A DNA stretch of 64,000 nucleotides from an uncultured Clostridium sp. (lineage in GTDB: Bacteria > Bacillota > Clostridia > TANB77 > CAG-508), in assembly GCA_958438515.1 (NCBI GenBank), contig CAUBRZ010000001.1, positions 15,450-79,449 on the forward strand. The letters are read 5' to 3'. The number at the start of each line of letters is the position of its first letter. Within the stretch, counting starts at the first letter, position 1. Of the stretch, positions 52,058 through 60,747 are shown one piece after another. The translations under genes were made by a program, and so were the position numbers. The notes beneath the pieces were generated by a model. That model ran no database searches and was not told the origin of the DNA. It was given only the letters and a program-made list of their open reading frames with translations.

Positions 52058-52492
52058 ATGAGAATTTTAGGAATAGATTATGGAGATGCAAGAGTTGGCA
52101 TAGCAATAACAGATGAATTAAATATAACAGCACAAGGATTAGAAACAATACAGCGAAATGGTTCTGATAAAATAGTATTAAGAAGATTAGATGAAATTTT
52201 AGAAATCTATGATGTAGAAACAATAGTTGTCGGAATGCCATTAAATATGAATGGAACAATATCAAAAAGAGCTGAAATAACTGAAAAATTCATTCATAAA
52301 TTAAAATGTAAATACAATAAAATAAAAATAGACACAATTGATGAAAGATTAACAACAGTAGAAGCTCATAGAACAATGAATTTTTTAGAAGTAAATAAGA
52401 ATAAAAAGAAAAATATAGTAGATACTATATCTGCAGTATATATTTTAGAAACTTATTTAAATAAATTAAAAAATACGTTGCAAAAAAATTAA
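52058..52492 (+). CDS. ruvX: Putative pre-16S rRNA nuclease / Holliday junction resolvase-like YqgF
   Basis: MRILGIDYGDARVGIAITD, VVGMPLNMNG, DERLTTVEA. Confidence 0.9.
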   Translation: MRILGIDYGDARVGIAITDELNITAQGLETIQRNGSDKIVLRRLDEILEIYDVETIVVGMPLNMNGTISKRAEITEKFIHKLKCKYNKIKIDTIDERLTTVEAHRTMNFLEVNKNKKKNIVDTISAVYILETYLNKLKNTLQKN

Positions 52493-52559
52493 AAATACGA
52501 TATTATAATTAAAATATAAATAATATTTAATATTTTAAAATTTGAAAGGAGAAAAAATT

Positions 52560-52868
52560 ATGGATGAAAATTACGAAGGAGAGGAACTAGATAATATAGT
52601 AATATTAAATGATGAAGATGGAAATGAAGTAAAATTTGAATTTTTAGATTTAGTAGAACTAGATGAAGAAGAATATGTAGTACTATTACCAGTTACAGAA
52701 GAAGGAGAAGAAGAAGAAGGAGAAGTTGTTATTTTAAAAGTAGAAGATAACGATGATGAAGATGCAGAAGAAGAATCTTATGTAAGTATTGAAGATGAAG
52801 AAATACTAAATAAAGTATTCGAAATATTTAAAGAAAAATTTAAAGATGACTTTGATTTTGTAGACTAA
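52560..52868 (+). CDS. DUF1292 family acidic protein
   Basis: ILNDEDGNEVKFEFLDLVELDEEEYVVLLP pattern and the conserved position after ruvX. The ATG at 52560 follows AAGGAG. Confidence 0.8.
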   Translation: MDENYEGEELDNIVILNDEDGNEVKFEFLDLVELDEEEYVVLLPVTEEGEEEEGEVVILKVEDNDDEDAEEESYVSIEDEEILNKVFEIFKEKFKDDFDFVD

Positions 52869-52970
52869 TTTTGTTTAAGGTAGGTGGTGAAGGAGAAAAT
52901 ATTTTATTTCCTTCACTCTTTTGTTTAAGGGATAAAAACAAAGATAAAAGGAAAAGGAGAAGGATCACAA

Positions 52971-53456
52971 ATGAAAAATTTTTCAACATGGATGTTAGTT
53001 ATGTTTATGATTATGTTCTGGGTATTTAGAATAATAGTAGCATTAGGAGTAGAATTAAATTGGGACTTAGGAGGAATAGAACCACTTAATCAGCAAATGG
53101 AAATAATATTATTATTTGTTACATTAGTATCATTGTTATTAGTAGTAAAAAGAAAAATAATAGGAGGATTATTATATTTATTATCATATGGAATGTATTT
53201 TGGGATAGATTTAGTAAATAATGCACAAAACTTACTAACAGCAATGGAAACTCAAACCGATGTTAATACATATATAAATTTATTTATGTCATTAATAGGA
53301 ATGATTATACCAATAGCTGTAATGCTAGACTTATTAATGGATAAAGGTAGAAGAAATCATCCTAAAGATAAAAAAACAGATTGGTTTTATGATAATGAAG
53401 AATTTGACAGAAAAATGGATGATAGGGCAGATAAAAACAATTATCGAACACTTTAG
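52971..53456 (+). CDS. Hypothetical four-TM membrane protein
   Basis: AAGGAGAAGG RBS and hydrophobic helices. No motif recognised. Confidence 0.4.
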   Translation: MKNFSTWMLVMFMIMFWVFRIIVALGVELNWDLGGIEPLNQQMEIILLFVTLVSLLLVVKRKIIGGLLYLLSYGMYFGIDLVNNAQNLLTAMETQTDVNTYINLFMSLIGMIIPIAVMLDLLMDKGRRNHPKDKKTDWFYDNEEFDRKMDDRADKNNYRTL

Positions 53457-53540
53457 ATAGAAAAAAATAAAAATAGTTTATTTTATATGGCATATTGTAT
53501 TAAATAAAGATAACTAGAAATAAGTTAATATATAAAAAGA

Positions 53541-53578
53541 CAAGCCTATAAAAGAATATTACTTTTATAGGCTTGTTT
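53541..53578. terminator. Bidirectional terminator hairpin
   Basis: Perfect 14-bp stem caagcctataaaag / cttttataggcttg. Confidence 0.6.
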
Positions 53579-53595
53579 GAAAGACTTTAAATTTG

Positions 53596-53937
53596 TTACT
53601 TATCAGTATTCAATGTTGCTTTGTTACAATAGTATAGTAAAAAATCCTGAATAATTGAATGTGGACGCATAAACTCAAAAATATTAGGTTCATTACTATG
53701 AATAGTAGTATATTCAAAAAAAGGAACATCTTTTGAATCAAAAACAGTTTGAGTTACTGTAATAGATGTGAATTCTGGAATAAGACTACATAATTTCTTA
53801 GCATTTTCATTGCAATCAGGTGCAAACCACTTGACCATATGAGACATTTGGTCTAAAAAGGTTGCCCGATCAATGTGACCTTTGTAAGTTTTATCGTTGC
53901 TCACATAAATAAGATCAATCATGTCTTTGTCTTTCAT
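53596..53937 (-). CDS. Hypothetical protein
   Basis: GGAGG RBS on the minus strand, 113 aa, no motif. Contains an in-frame CGG (53868..53866). Confidence 0.4.
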   Translation of the reverse strand: MKDKDMIDLIYVSNDKTYKGHIDRATFLDQMSHMVKWFAPDCNENAKKLCSLIPEFTSITVTQTVFDSKDVPFFEYTTIHSNEPNIFEFMRPHSIIQDFLLYYCNKATLNTDK

Positions 53938-53961
53938 TGCTATTACCTCCTAAATTTTATT

Positions 53962-54008
53962 AAAAAATCAAAGGCTAGCAAATAACCTTTGACTTTTTCA
54001 AAGGTTAT
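53962..54008 (-). promoter_or_regulatory. 5' leader with two mutually exclusive hairpins (operator palindrome or attenuator)
   Basis: On the minus strand: ATAACCTTTGA-aaaag-TCAAAGGTTAT, an 11-bp perfect stem. Its 3' arm overlaps TCAAAGG-ttatttgctag-CCTTTGA, which is followed by TTTTTT. Confidence 0.35.
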
Positions 54009-54231
54009 AAAAAACTTTTGTAAAACTAAGTATACTACAAAATGAAATAAAATGCTAGTATTAAAGGCTAAAAAAATAGAAAATAATAATTGGAAATAAC
54101 AAAAATATGTTAAAAGTAATAAGCAAACAGATTTGTCAACTAATTAAATAAAATTAAATAGAAATCAAATTTTTATTGATTGATAAAAGTTAAATATAAA
54201 ATTAAAAGTAAAATAGTTATATGGAGGTAGT

Positions 54232-54744
54232 ATGGAACTAAAGGAATTAATAGGAAAGGATGAATTAGATAAAAGAATAGGAGAACTAGCAAAGAAAATA
54301 GATGAAGACTATGAAGGTCAAGAAATGGTAGCAATATGTGTATTAAATGGAGCAGCTTTTTTTACAGTAGAATTAACATTAAAAATGAAAACTAAAATGA
54401 AGGTTGAGTTTGTAAAAATATCAAGTTATAGAGGGACTGAAAGTACTGGTGAAATAATAAAATATTTAGATATAGATAAAGAAAAAATTATGGGCAAGAA
54501 TGTACTAATAATTGAAGATATAGTTGATACAGGAAGAAGCATGAATTATTTAGTAAAACATTTAAAGGAAAAAGAACCTAAAGATATAAAAGTGTGTACT
54601 CTTTTGAGTAAGCCAAGTAGAAGAGAAGTAGAAGTAAATATAGATTATCTAGGATTTGAAGTACCAAACCAATTTATAATAGGATATGGATTTGATGATG
54701 AAGAAGGATTACATAGAAATGTTCCATATATAGGATGTAAATAA
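54232..54744 (+). CDS. hpt: Hypoxanthine phosphoribosyltransferase
   Basis: VLIIEDIVDTGRS PRPP motif, GAAFF, IGYGFDDEEGLHRNVPYIG. Confidence 0.9.
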   Translation: MELKELIGKDELDKRIGELAKKIDEDYEGQEMVAICVLNGAAFFTVELTLKMKTKMKVEFVKISSYRGTESTGEIIKYLDIDKEKIMGKNVLIIEDIVDTGRSMNYLVKHLKEKEPKDIKVCTLLSKPSRREVEVNIDYLGFEVPNQFIIGYGFDDEEGLHRNVPYIGCK

Positions 54745-54818
54745 TTAATTTGTGTACTAAAAAAATTTGTAATAATATTATTAAAAAAAGGAATACCTTA
54801 ATAAAAAGGAGGTTTCTT

Positions 54819-55544
54819 ATGAATAAAGATTTAGATTTTTTAAAGTCAAACATCATAGCACATAGAGGAGCTTTTAACAATAAAGATATTCCAGAAAACA
54901 GTATAAAAGCATTTGAAAAAGCTATTGAAAAAAACTATATTATTGAATTAGATGTACATATATTGAAGGATAATACAATTGTTGTGTATCATGATGATAA
55001 TGTAAAAAGATTAACTGGAGTTGACAAAAGTATTATAGATTTTAACTATAGTCAATTAAAAGAATTAAGTTTACTAAATACGAAATATAAAATACCAAGA
55101 CTTATAGATGTTTTAGAATTAGTAAATTCAAAAGTACCAATCATTATTGAAATAAAATTTGATAGAAAAACTGGAGTTCTAGAAAAAGAATTAGTAAAAA
55201 TATTAGATAATTATAAAGGAAAATTTGCTGTGAAAAGTTTTAACATTTTTTCGGTTAAGTGGTTTAAGAAAAATAGACCAAATTATGTTAGAGGTTTCCT
55301 AATAAATTATAATTATCATATTTTAAAAGAAGTTTTTATATCAAATATGTTTTTATTAGGTGTGGCTAAACCTGATTTTTTGTCTGTAAATTACAAGTTT
55401 TATAATAAAAAGAAGATTACAAAACTAAGAGATAAATTAATTCTTTTAGCATGGACAATTAAAAATAAAGAAACATATGAATTGGTAAAGAATTCATTTG
55501 ATAATTTAATATGTGAAAATATTGAAAGATTTAAAGACAAGTAA
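54819..55544 (+). CDS. Glycerophosphodiester phosphodiesterase family protein
   Basis: IIAHRGAF..PENS, ELDVHILKDNTIVVYHDDN. The ATG at 54819 follows AAGGAGG. Confidence 0.8.
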   Translation: MNKDLDFLKSNIIAHRGAFNNKDIPENSIKAFEKAIEKNYIIELDVHILKDNTIVVYHDDNVKRLTGVDKSIIDFNYSQLKELSLLNTKYKIPRLIDVLELVNSKVPIIIEIKFDRKTGVLEKELVKILDNYKGKFAVKSFNIFSVKWFKKNRPNYVRGFLINYNYHILKEVFISNMFLLGVAKPDFLSVNYKFYNKKKITKLRDKLILLAWTIKNKETYELVKNSFDNLICENIERFKDK

Positions 55545-55563
55545 CAATTTGAGGGAAAAAAAT

Positions 55564-55833
55564 ATGGAATTTAGCGAGAAAATACAAGAATTAAGAAATA
55601 AAAATAAATTAACACAAGAGCAATTTGCAGAAAAATTATATGTATCAAGGACAGCAGTATCAAAATGGGAAAGTGGAAAAGGTTATCCTAGTATTGATTC
55701 ATTAAAATATATCTCAAAGACATTTAATATTTCAATTGATGAGTTATTATCAATTGAAGAAATAATAGACATTGCTAAAAAAGAGAATACATATAATCTA
55801 GAAAGAATAAATAAATTGGCAAGATGGACATAG
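55564..55833 (+). CDS. XRE-family helix-turn-helix transcriptional regulator
   Basis: IQELRNKNKLTQEQFAEKLYVSRTAVSKWESGKGYPSIDSLKYISKTFNISIDELL. Confidence 0.8.
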   Translation: MEFSEKIQELRNKNKLTQEQFAEKLYVSRTAVSKWESGKGYPSIDSLKYISKTFNISIDELLSIEEIIDIAKKENTYNLERINKLARWT

Positions 55834-55960
55834 ATTTAGCTCTAGTCCAGCAGATTCACACATACAAAAATGGACTGATAGTTTAAAATAATTTATACTT
55901 TAGTGCGCAAATTGTAGTGAAACGATTAGCACACATCCCATTTTATTTTTAAAGAATTGC

Positions 55961-55989
55961 TTGAAATATAGTAGTTCTTTTTGTATAAT
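55961..55989 (+). promoter_or_regulatory. Promoter (TTGAAA-17-TATAAT)
   Basis: TTGAAA at 55961-55966, 17-nt spacer, TATAAT at 55984-55989. Confidence 0.55.
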
Positions 55990-56121
55990 TGTAACAATAT
56001 AAAGGGTTGTATAATTTTGTAGGGGTAAAGTAGAAAAAATAAGTTATAAACAGATAAAGATTTACTCGAAAAATGATACAGGAATTGATAAATATTAAAA
56101 CAAGAAAGTTGAGGATTTTTG

Positions 56122-56401
56122 ATGAAAATAATAACATTATGTGGAAGTAATAATGAGAGTTGCAGAAAAAATGGCGTTAAAAGGAAATTGTATCATTACA
56201 CCAGTATATCCAATATTAGAAAGTTATGAAAGAACAGATGAGCAACTAGAAAAATTAAAAGAAGCACATTTCAAAAAAATAGAATTATCAGATGCTATAT
56301 TAGTAGTAAATGTAAATAATTATATTGGAGACAGTACAAAATTAGAGATAGAATATGCAAAAAAATTGGGCAAAGAAATTATATATTATACAAATTTATA
56401 A
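56122..56401 (+). pseudogene. DUF4406/nucleoside 2-deoxyribosyltransferase-like paralogue, copy 1, with a 5' deletion and frameshift
   Basis: MKIITLCGS, then an out-of-frame junction (about 20 nt missing relative to copy 2), then MRVAEKMALKGNCIITPVYP...EIEYAKKLGKEIIYYTNL. This parallels 59729..60037. Confidence 0.55.
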
Positions 56402-56493
56402 AATAAAGATTAGAACCATAACTTAGAACTTATTTCTGAAAGAAACAAAGAAATATCTGATTAAATAAAAATAATAATTTGTAGAGGTAAAAT

Positions 56494-56940
56494 ATGAAAA
56501 TTTTTGAAATAAAAGATAGAACAACAGAAGTAATAAAAGAATTGTTAGAAGTATGGGAAGATTCAGTAAAAGCAACACATCTATTTTTATCAAGTGATGA
56601 TATAAAAGACATAAAAGAATATGTACCAGAAGCATTGAAATGTGTATCACATTTAGTAATAATAGAAAATGAAAGCTATCAACCTATTGCTTTTATGGGA
56701 ATAGATAATACAAAACTAGAAATGTTATTTATTAAAAATAGTGAAAGAGGAAAAGGACTAGGAAAGAAATTATTAAATTATGGTATAGAAAAGTATAATA
56801 TTAATGAACTAACAGTCAATGAACAAAATCTTAATGCAAAAGGATTTTATGAGTATATGGGATTTCAAACATATAAGAGGACAGAAGTAGACGAACAAGG
56901 AAAGCCTTATCCAATTTTATATATGAGACTAGAAAGATAA
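56494..56940 (+). CDS. GNAT family N-acetyltransferase
   Basis: ERGKGLGKKLLNYGIEKY and NAKGFYEYMGF motifs. Confidence 0.8.
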   Translation: MKIFEIKDRTTEVIKELLEVWEDSVKATHLFLSSDDIKDIKEYVPEALKCVSHLVIIENESYQPIAFMGIDNTKLEMLFIKNSERGKGLGKKLLNYGIEKYNINELTVNEQNLNAKGFYEYMGFQTYKRTEVDEQGKPYPILYMRLER

Positions 56941-56985
56941 ATCGTAGTTTGTTAAATAAGTAGTAATTTGTGGAGATGAATAAAG

Positions 56986-57666
56986 ATGAAAAAGCTAACT
57001 AAAAAAAATATAGTAATTTTTATTATGATAGGTATAGTATTAGTAGTAACAGGATTTATAGGTGGATTTTATACAAAAGTATCAATTGATGAAACTCAAT
57101 TAATAAAAGAAAAAGAAAAGCAAACAAGTCTAACAGCATTAATGTCTAAAAGTGAAATAAATAAACTAAAAGAAACTATTAAAAAAGATGAAGCAGATTA
57201 TGGAGATGATTATCAAGAATTTAAAACATATAACCCTTATGTTTATAAAAAAGATCCAGACAGAATTTATTTTAAATCTTCAAAAATAGGTGCATTTTAT
57301 GTGTTTGAAAAAAGTGATGAAAATTATGAACATTTATTAGAGGTTGTCGAAGATAGAATGCATTATTCTGTTATAGATGATTATAATTTGAATTGTTTTA
57401 CACCTGATTCAATTAATACAATGATGACATCAGGAGAAAATTATATTATTTTTGATTATGATAATGGAACACTTTCTGAAATGGACGGAGATTATAATAA
57501 GGATATAATTTTTAAATTTTTAGAAAATACTAGATTATATAGATTAGTTACTTATTTGTCATATTATAAAGAGCCAATTTTAAAAGATAATTTGCCAAAA
57601 AAAGAATTTGCTTATAATACCAAAATGAATGGATTTCAATATATGACTTATATAGAAGGGGATTAA
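56986..57666 (+). CDS. Hypothetical N-terminally anchored protein
   Basis: One TM helix. The remainder is unrecognised. Confidence 0.45.
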   Translation: MKKLTKKNIVIFIMIGIVLVVTGFIGGFYTKVSIDETQLIKEKEKQTSLTALMSKSEINKLKETIKKDEADYGDDYQEFKTYNPYVYKKDPDRIYFKSSKIGAFYVFEKSDENYEHLLEVVEDRMHYSVIDDYNLNCFTPDSINTMMTSGENYIIFDYDNGTLSEMDGDYNKDIIFKFLENTRLYRLVTYLSYYKEPILKDNLPKKEFAYNTKMNGFQYMTYIEGD

Positions 57667-57697
57667 ATTTGGGGTGTATAAAATACAATTAATTTAG

Positions 57698-57731
57698 AAG
57701 CAAGTGATTAGTTGAAAATCACTTGCTTTTA
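57698..57731 (+). terminator. Rho-independent terminator
   Basis: Perfect 12-bp stem aagcaagtgatt / aatcacttgctt followed by T's. Confidence 0.7.
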
Positions 57732-57832
57732 TGTTAAAATTTAAATGTAAAAAGATTTGAAGGATAAATGGTATCCATGAACATGAGTTAAATATAATAA
57801 TGTAAATATTAAATATGAAGGAGGAAATATGA

Positions 57833-58504
57833 ATGAATAGTAAAATGTTAGAAAATATTTATAGTGAGTGTTTAGAAATGGCTAATATAATTAAAAATCC
57901 AATATTGAAAGAATGTTGTAAAAATATATATAATGATTATAAAGACAAGCTAATAAATAAACCAGCTACATCTGGTTCACATCATTTTTATAAAGGAGGA
58001 CTATTATTTCATATATATAGTGTTACAAAAAATGCAATGGCAATTTGTGATTTGTATCCTAATTTAAATGTAGATAAAGATTTAATAATTTTTGGAGCAT
58101 TAGTTCATGATATAGGAAAATGCAATGATTTTAATGATTTTTCTGATGGTGAAAATTATAATTCTATAAATGGCAATAGTATGGATTTATTAGGACATTC
58201 TTATGAAGGAACACATATTGTTGAGAATTATTTAAAAAATTATGATATAGATGAGCAATTTAAAAATCAGATTATACATATGGTAGGTAGTCATATGAAT
58301 GAATATAGTGAATGGGGAGCTTTAGTTTTACCTAAAATGCTTGAAGTTATAATTATAAATTATGCTGATAGTATGGATGCATATCTTGAGCCAGCACACA
58401 AAATTATTAAGGACGCAAAAAAAGGTGAAAAATATAAAGTTGAAAATGCACCAAGGTATTATTATAAATCATTAAATCCATATTACGAAAATGATAATTT
58501 GTAA
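57833..58504 (+). CDS. HD-domain protein (YhaM-like HD phosphohydrolase, no OB fold)
   Basis: SGSHHFYKGGLLFH, GALVHDIGK, MVGSHM. Confidence 0.65.
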   Translation: MNSKMLENIYSECLEMANIIKNPILKECCKNIYNDYKDKLINKPATSGSHHFYKGGLLFHIYSVTKNAMAICDLYPNLNVDKDLIIFGALVHDIGKCNDFNDFSDGENYNSINGNSMDLLGHSYEGTHIVENYLKNYDIDEQFKNQIIHMVGSHMNEYSEWGALVLPKMLEVIIINYADSMDAYLEPAHKIIKDAKKGEKYKVENAPRYYYKSLNPYYENDNL

Positions 58505-58506
58505 TT

Positions 58507-58555
58507 AAAAGGAAGTGATAAAATGGAGATGAATCAAAAAAGAAAAATGAGAAAA
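58507..58555 (+). repeat. Left copy of a ~50-nt direct repeat duplicating the rbgA RBS and first codons
   Basis: aaaaggaagtgataaaatggagatgaatcaaaaaagaaaaatgagaaaa is about 90 percent identical (by eye) to 60697..60747. Confidence 0.6.
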
Positions 58556-58664
58556 GAGTTTTTTATTCATTCCTTTTTGCATTTTATGGTAAAAAAATAA
58601 TTAAAATTATTAAAAACTTGTGGGAATTCCGATTGATGGAAAACTAAGATTTTAAATATAGGAG

Positions 58665-59705
58665 ATGATAAAAGTGACAAAAGATTTAATTGTAAGAAGC
58701 AGCAGTGCGGAATTCTTAATATTTGAAAGGCAAACACACGATAAAGGAATTCAAGTTAGATTTGAAGATGGTGATTTATGGTTAACACAGAAAGCTATTG
58801 GAGAACTCTTTAACGTGGACAGAACAGTAGTTACCAAGCATATTAAAAATATATATTCCGAACTTGAATTAAATGAGAATTCAACTAGTGCAAATTATGC
58901 ACTAGTTCAAAAAGAGGGTAATAGAGAGATTACTAGGAATGTATTATATTATAACTTAGATATGGTTATTTCGGTAGGTTATAGAACAAATTCAGATAGA
59001 GCTATACAATTTAGAAGGTGGGCCACTTATATATTAAAAGAGTTTTCAAAGAAAGGTTACATAATAGACAAAAAGAGAATGGCAAATGGTGCGTTCTTTG
59101 ATGAAGATTATTACGATTCATTACTTGCCGAAATAAGAGAAATAAGATTATCAGAAAGAAGATTTTATCAAAAAGTTACTGATATTTATGCAACAAGTGT
59201 GGATTATGATAAAAAGTCTCCTACAACAATTAAATTTTTTAAAAAAGTTCAAAATAAAATGCATTATGCGGTATCGCATCAAACGGCTGCTGAAATTATA
59301 TATAATAGAGCAGATTCAGAAAAAGAAAATATGGGTCTTACTTCTTGGAGAAATTCACCAAGTGGAAAAATATTAGAGACAGATGTTGTTATAGCTAAAA
59401 ATTATTTATCTAAAGAAGAATTAGAAAGTTTAGAACTAATAGTATCAGCATTTTTAGATTTAGCAGAAAATAGAGCAAAAAGACACATTCCAATGACTAT
59501 GGAAGATTGGTCTACAAGAATAGATAAATTTTTATTGGCAGATGATTTAGATATATTAAAAGATGCTGGAAAAATATCACATGAAATAGCATGCGATAAA
59601 GCATTAACAGAATTCGAAAAGTATAGAATAAAGCAAGACAAATTGTATAAATCAGATTTTGATTTGTTAGTTGAAGAAAGTAATAAAAAAGGTGAAGATA
59701 AATAG
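58665..59705 (+). CDS. rhuM: RhuM-family virulence-associated protein (start more likely GTG at 58674)
   Basis: LWLTQKAIGELFNVDRTVVTKHIKNIY, YYNLDMVISVGYRTNSDRAIQFRRWAT, RFYQKVTDIYATS. Confidence 0.8.
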   Translation: MIKVTKDLIVRSSSAEFLIFERQTHDKGIQVRFEDGDLWLTQKAIGELFNVDRTVVTKHIKNIYSELELNENSTSANYALVQKEGNREITRNVLYYNLDMVISVGYRTNSDRAIQFRRWATYILKEFSKKGYIIDKKRMANGAFFDEDYYDSLLAEIREIRLSERRFYQKVTDIYATSVDYDKKSPTTIKFFKKVQNKMHYAVSHQTAAEIIYNRADSEKENMGLTSWRNSPSGKILETDVVIAKNYLSKEELESLELIVSAFLDLAENRAKRHIPMTMEDWSTRIDKFLLADDLDILKDAGKISHEIACDKALTEFEKYRIKQDKLYKSDFDLLVEESNKKGEDK

Positions 59706-59728
59706 TAATTTGTAGGGAGGATTACAAA

Positions 59729-60037
59729 ATGAAAATAGTAACACTATGTGGAAGCTTAAAATTTCAAAAAGAGATGATGAAAGTTGCAGAAAAAATGGCA
59801 TTAGAAGGACATTGTATTCTTACACCTGTATATCCAGTATTAGAAAATATTAAAAGAACTGAAGAGCAATTAATGAATTTGAAAGATGCCCATTTTAAAA
59901 GAATAGAATTTTCTGATGCTATATTAGTTGTAAACGTAGATAATTATATAGGTAATAGTACAAATTTAGAAATAGAATATGCTAAAAAGTTAGGTAAAGA
60001 AATTATATATTATACAGATTTAATAAAAAACAATTAG
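59729..60037 (+). CDS. DUF4406/nucleoside 2-deoxyribosyltransferase-like protein, intact copy 2
   Basis: MKIVTLCGSLKFQKEMMKVAEKMALEGHCILTPVYP...SDAILVVNVDNYIGNST. GGGAGG RBS. Confidence 0.55.
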   Translation: MKIVTLCGSLKFQKEMMKVAEKMALEGHCILTPVYPVLENIKRTEEQLMNLKDAHFKRIEFSDAILVVNVDNYIGNSTNLEIEYAKKLGKEIIYYTDLIKNN

Positions 60038-60073
60038 AGCGACAAATTACAATAAGTAGGGCAGGTAATTCAG

Positions 60074-60103
60074 TTGAAAATTATATGCCCTTTGTGATAT
60101 AAT
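60074..60103 (+). promoter_or_regulatory. Promoter with an extended -10 (TTGAAA-18-TGaTATAAT)
   Basis: TTGAAA at 60074-60079 and tgatataat ending at 60103. Confidence 0.6.
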
Positions 60104-60147
60104 CTAAACACAAGATAGTAATTTATATAAGTCTTAGGAGGAATAAA

Positions 60148-60684
60148 ATGAATTTGATTTGTAAATTAACTGATAATGATATTGGAGAACAATATATTGA
60201 ACTTGAAAATCCAAAACTACGACTAGGTGCAAGAGGTATAGTAGTTAGAAATGATGGTAAAATTGCTATATTTAATAAAGCCAATAAAAATGAGTACAAA
60301 CTTCCTGGTGGAGGAATAGAGAATGATGAAACTCCAGAAGAAGCATTTAAAAGAGAAGTATTAGAAGAAACAGGATGTATTGTTGAAATTATAGGAAAAT
60401 TAGGTATTACAGAAGAATATAAAAGCCAAACAAACTTTAAACAAATTTCAAATGTTTTTGTAGGAAAAGTAATGCAAGATACAAAACAATTAAATGTTAC
60501 TCAAAAAGAAAAAGATGAAGGGGCTAGATTATTATGGGAAACACCACAAAAAGCATTAGAATTAATTACAGATTGTTTTGGAAAATTAGTTAAGTCTGAT
60601 TATGAATCTGTATATGCAACTAAATTTGTTGTTTTAAGAGATAGAAAGATTTTAGAATATTATATAAATAATTCTAAACAATAA
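60148..60684 (+). CDS. NUDIX hydrolase
   Basis: Nudix box GGGIENDETPEEAFKREVLEETG. Confidence 0.8.
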   Translation: MNLICKLTDNDIGEQYIELENPKLRLGARGIVVRNDGKIAIFNKANKNEYKLPGGGIENDETPEEAFKREVLEETGCIVEIIGKLGITEEYKSQTNFKQISNVFVGKVMQDTKQLNVTQKEKDEGARLLWETPQKALELITDCFGKLVKSDYESVYATKFVVLRDRKILEYYINNSKQ

Positions 60685-60696
60685 ATTACAAGTTGT

Positions 60697-60747
60697 AAAA
60701 AGGAAGTGATTAAAATGGATATGTATCAAAAAAGAGAAATGAGAAAA
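60697..60747 (+). repeat. Right copy of the ~50-nt direct repeat (the functional rbgA 5' end)
   Basis: aaaaaggaagtgattaaaatggatatgtatcaaaaaagagaaatgagaaaa. Confidence 0.6.
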
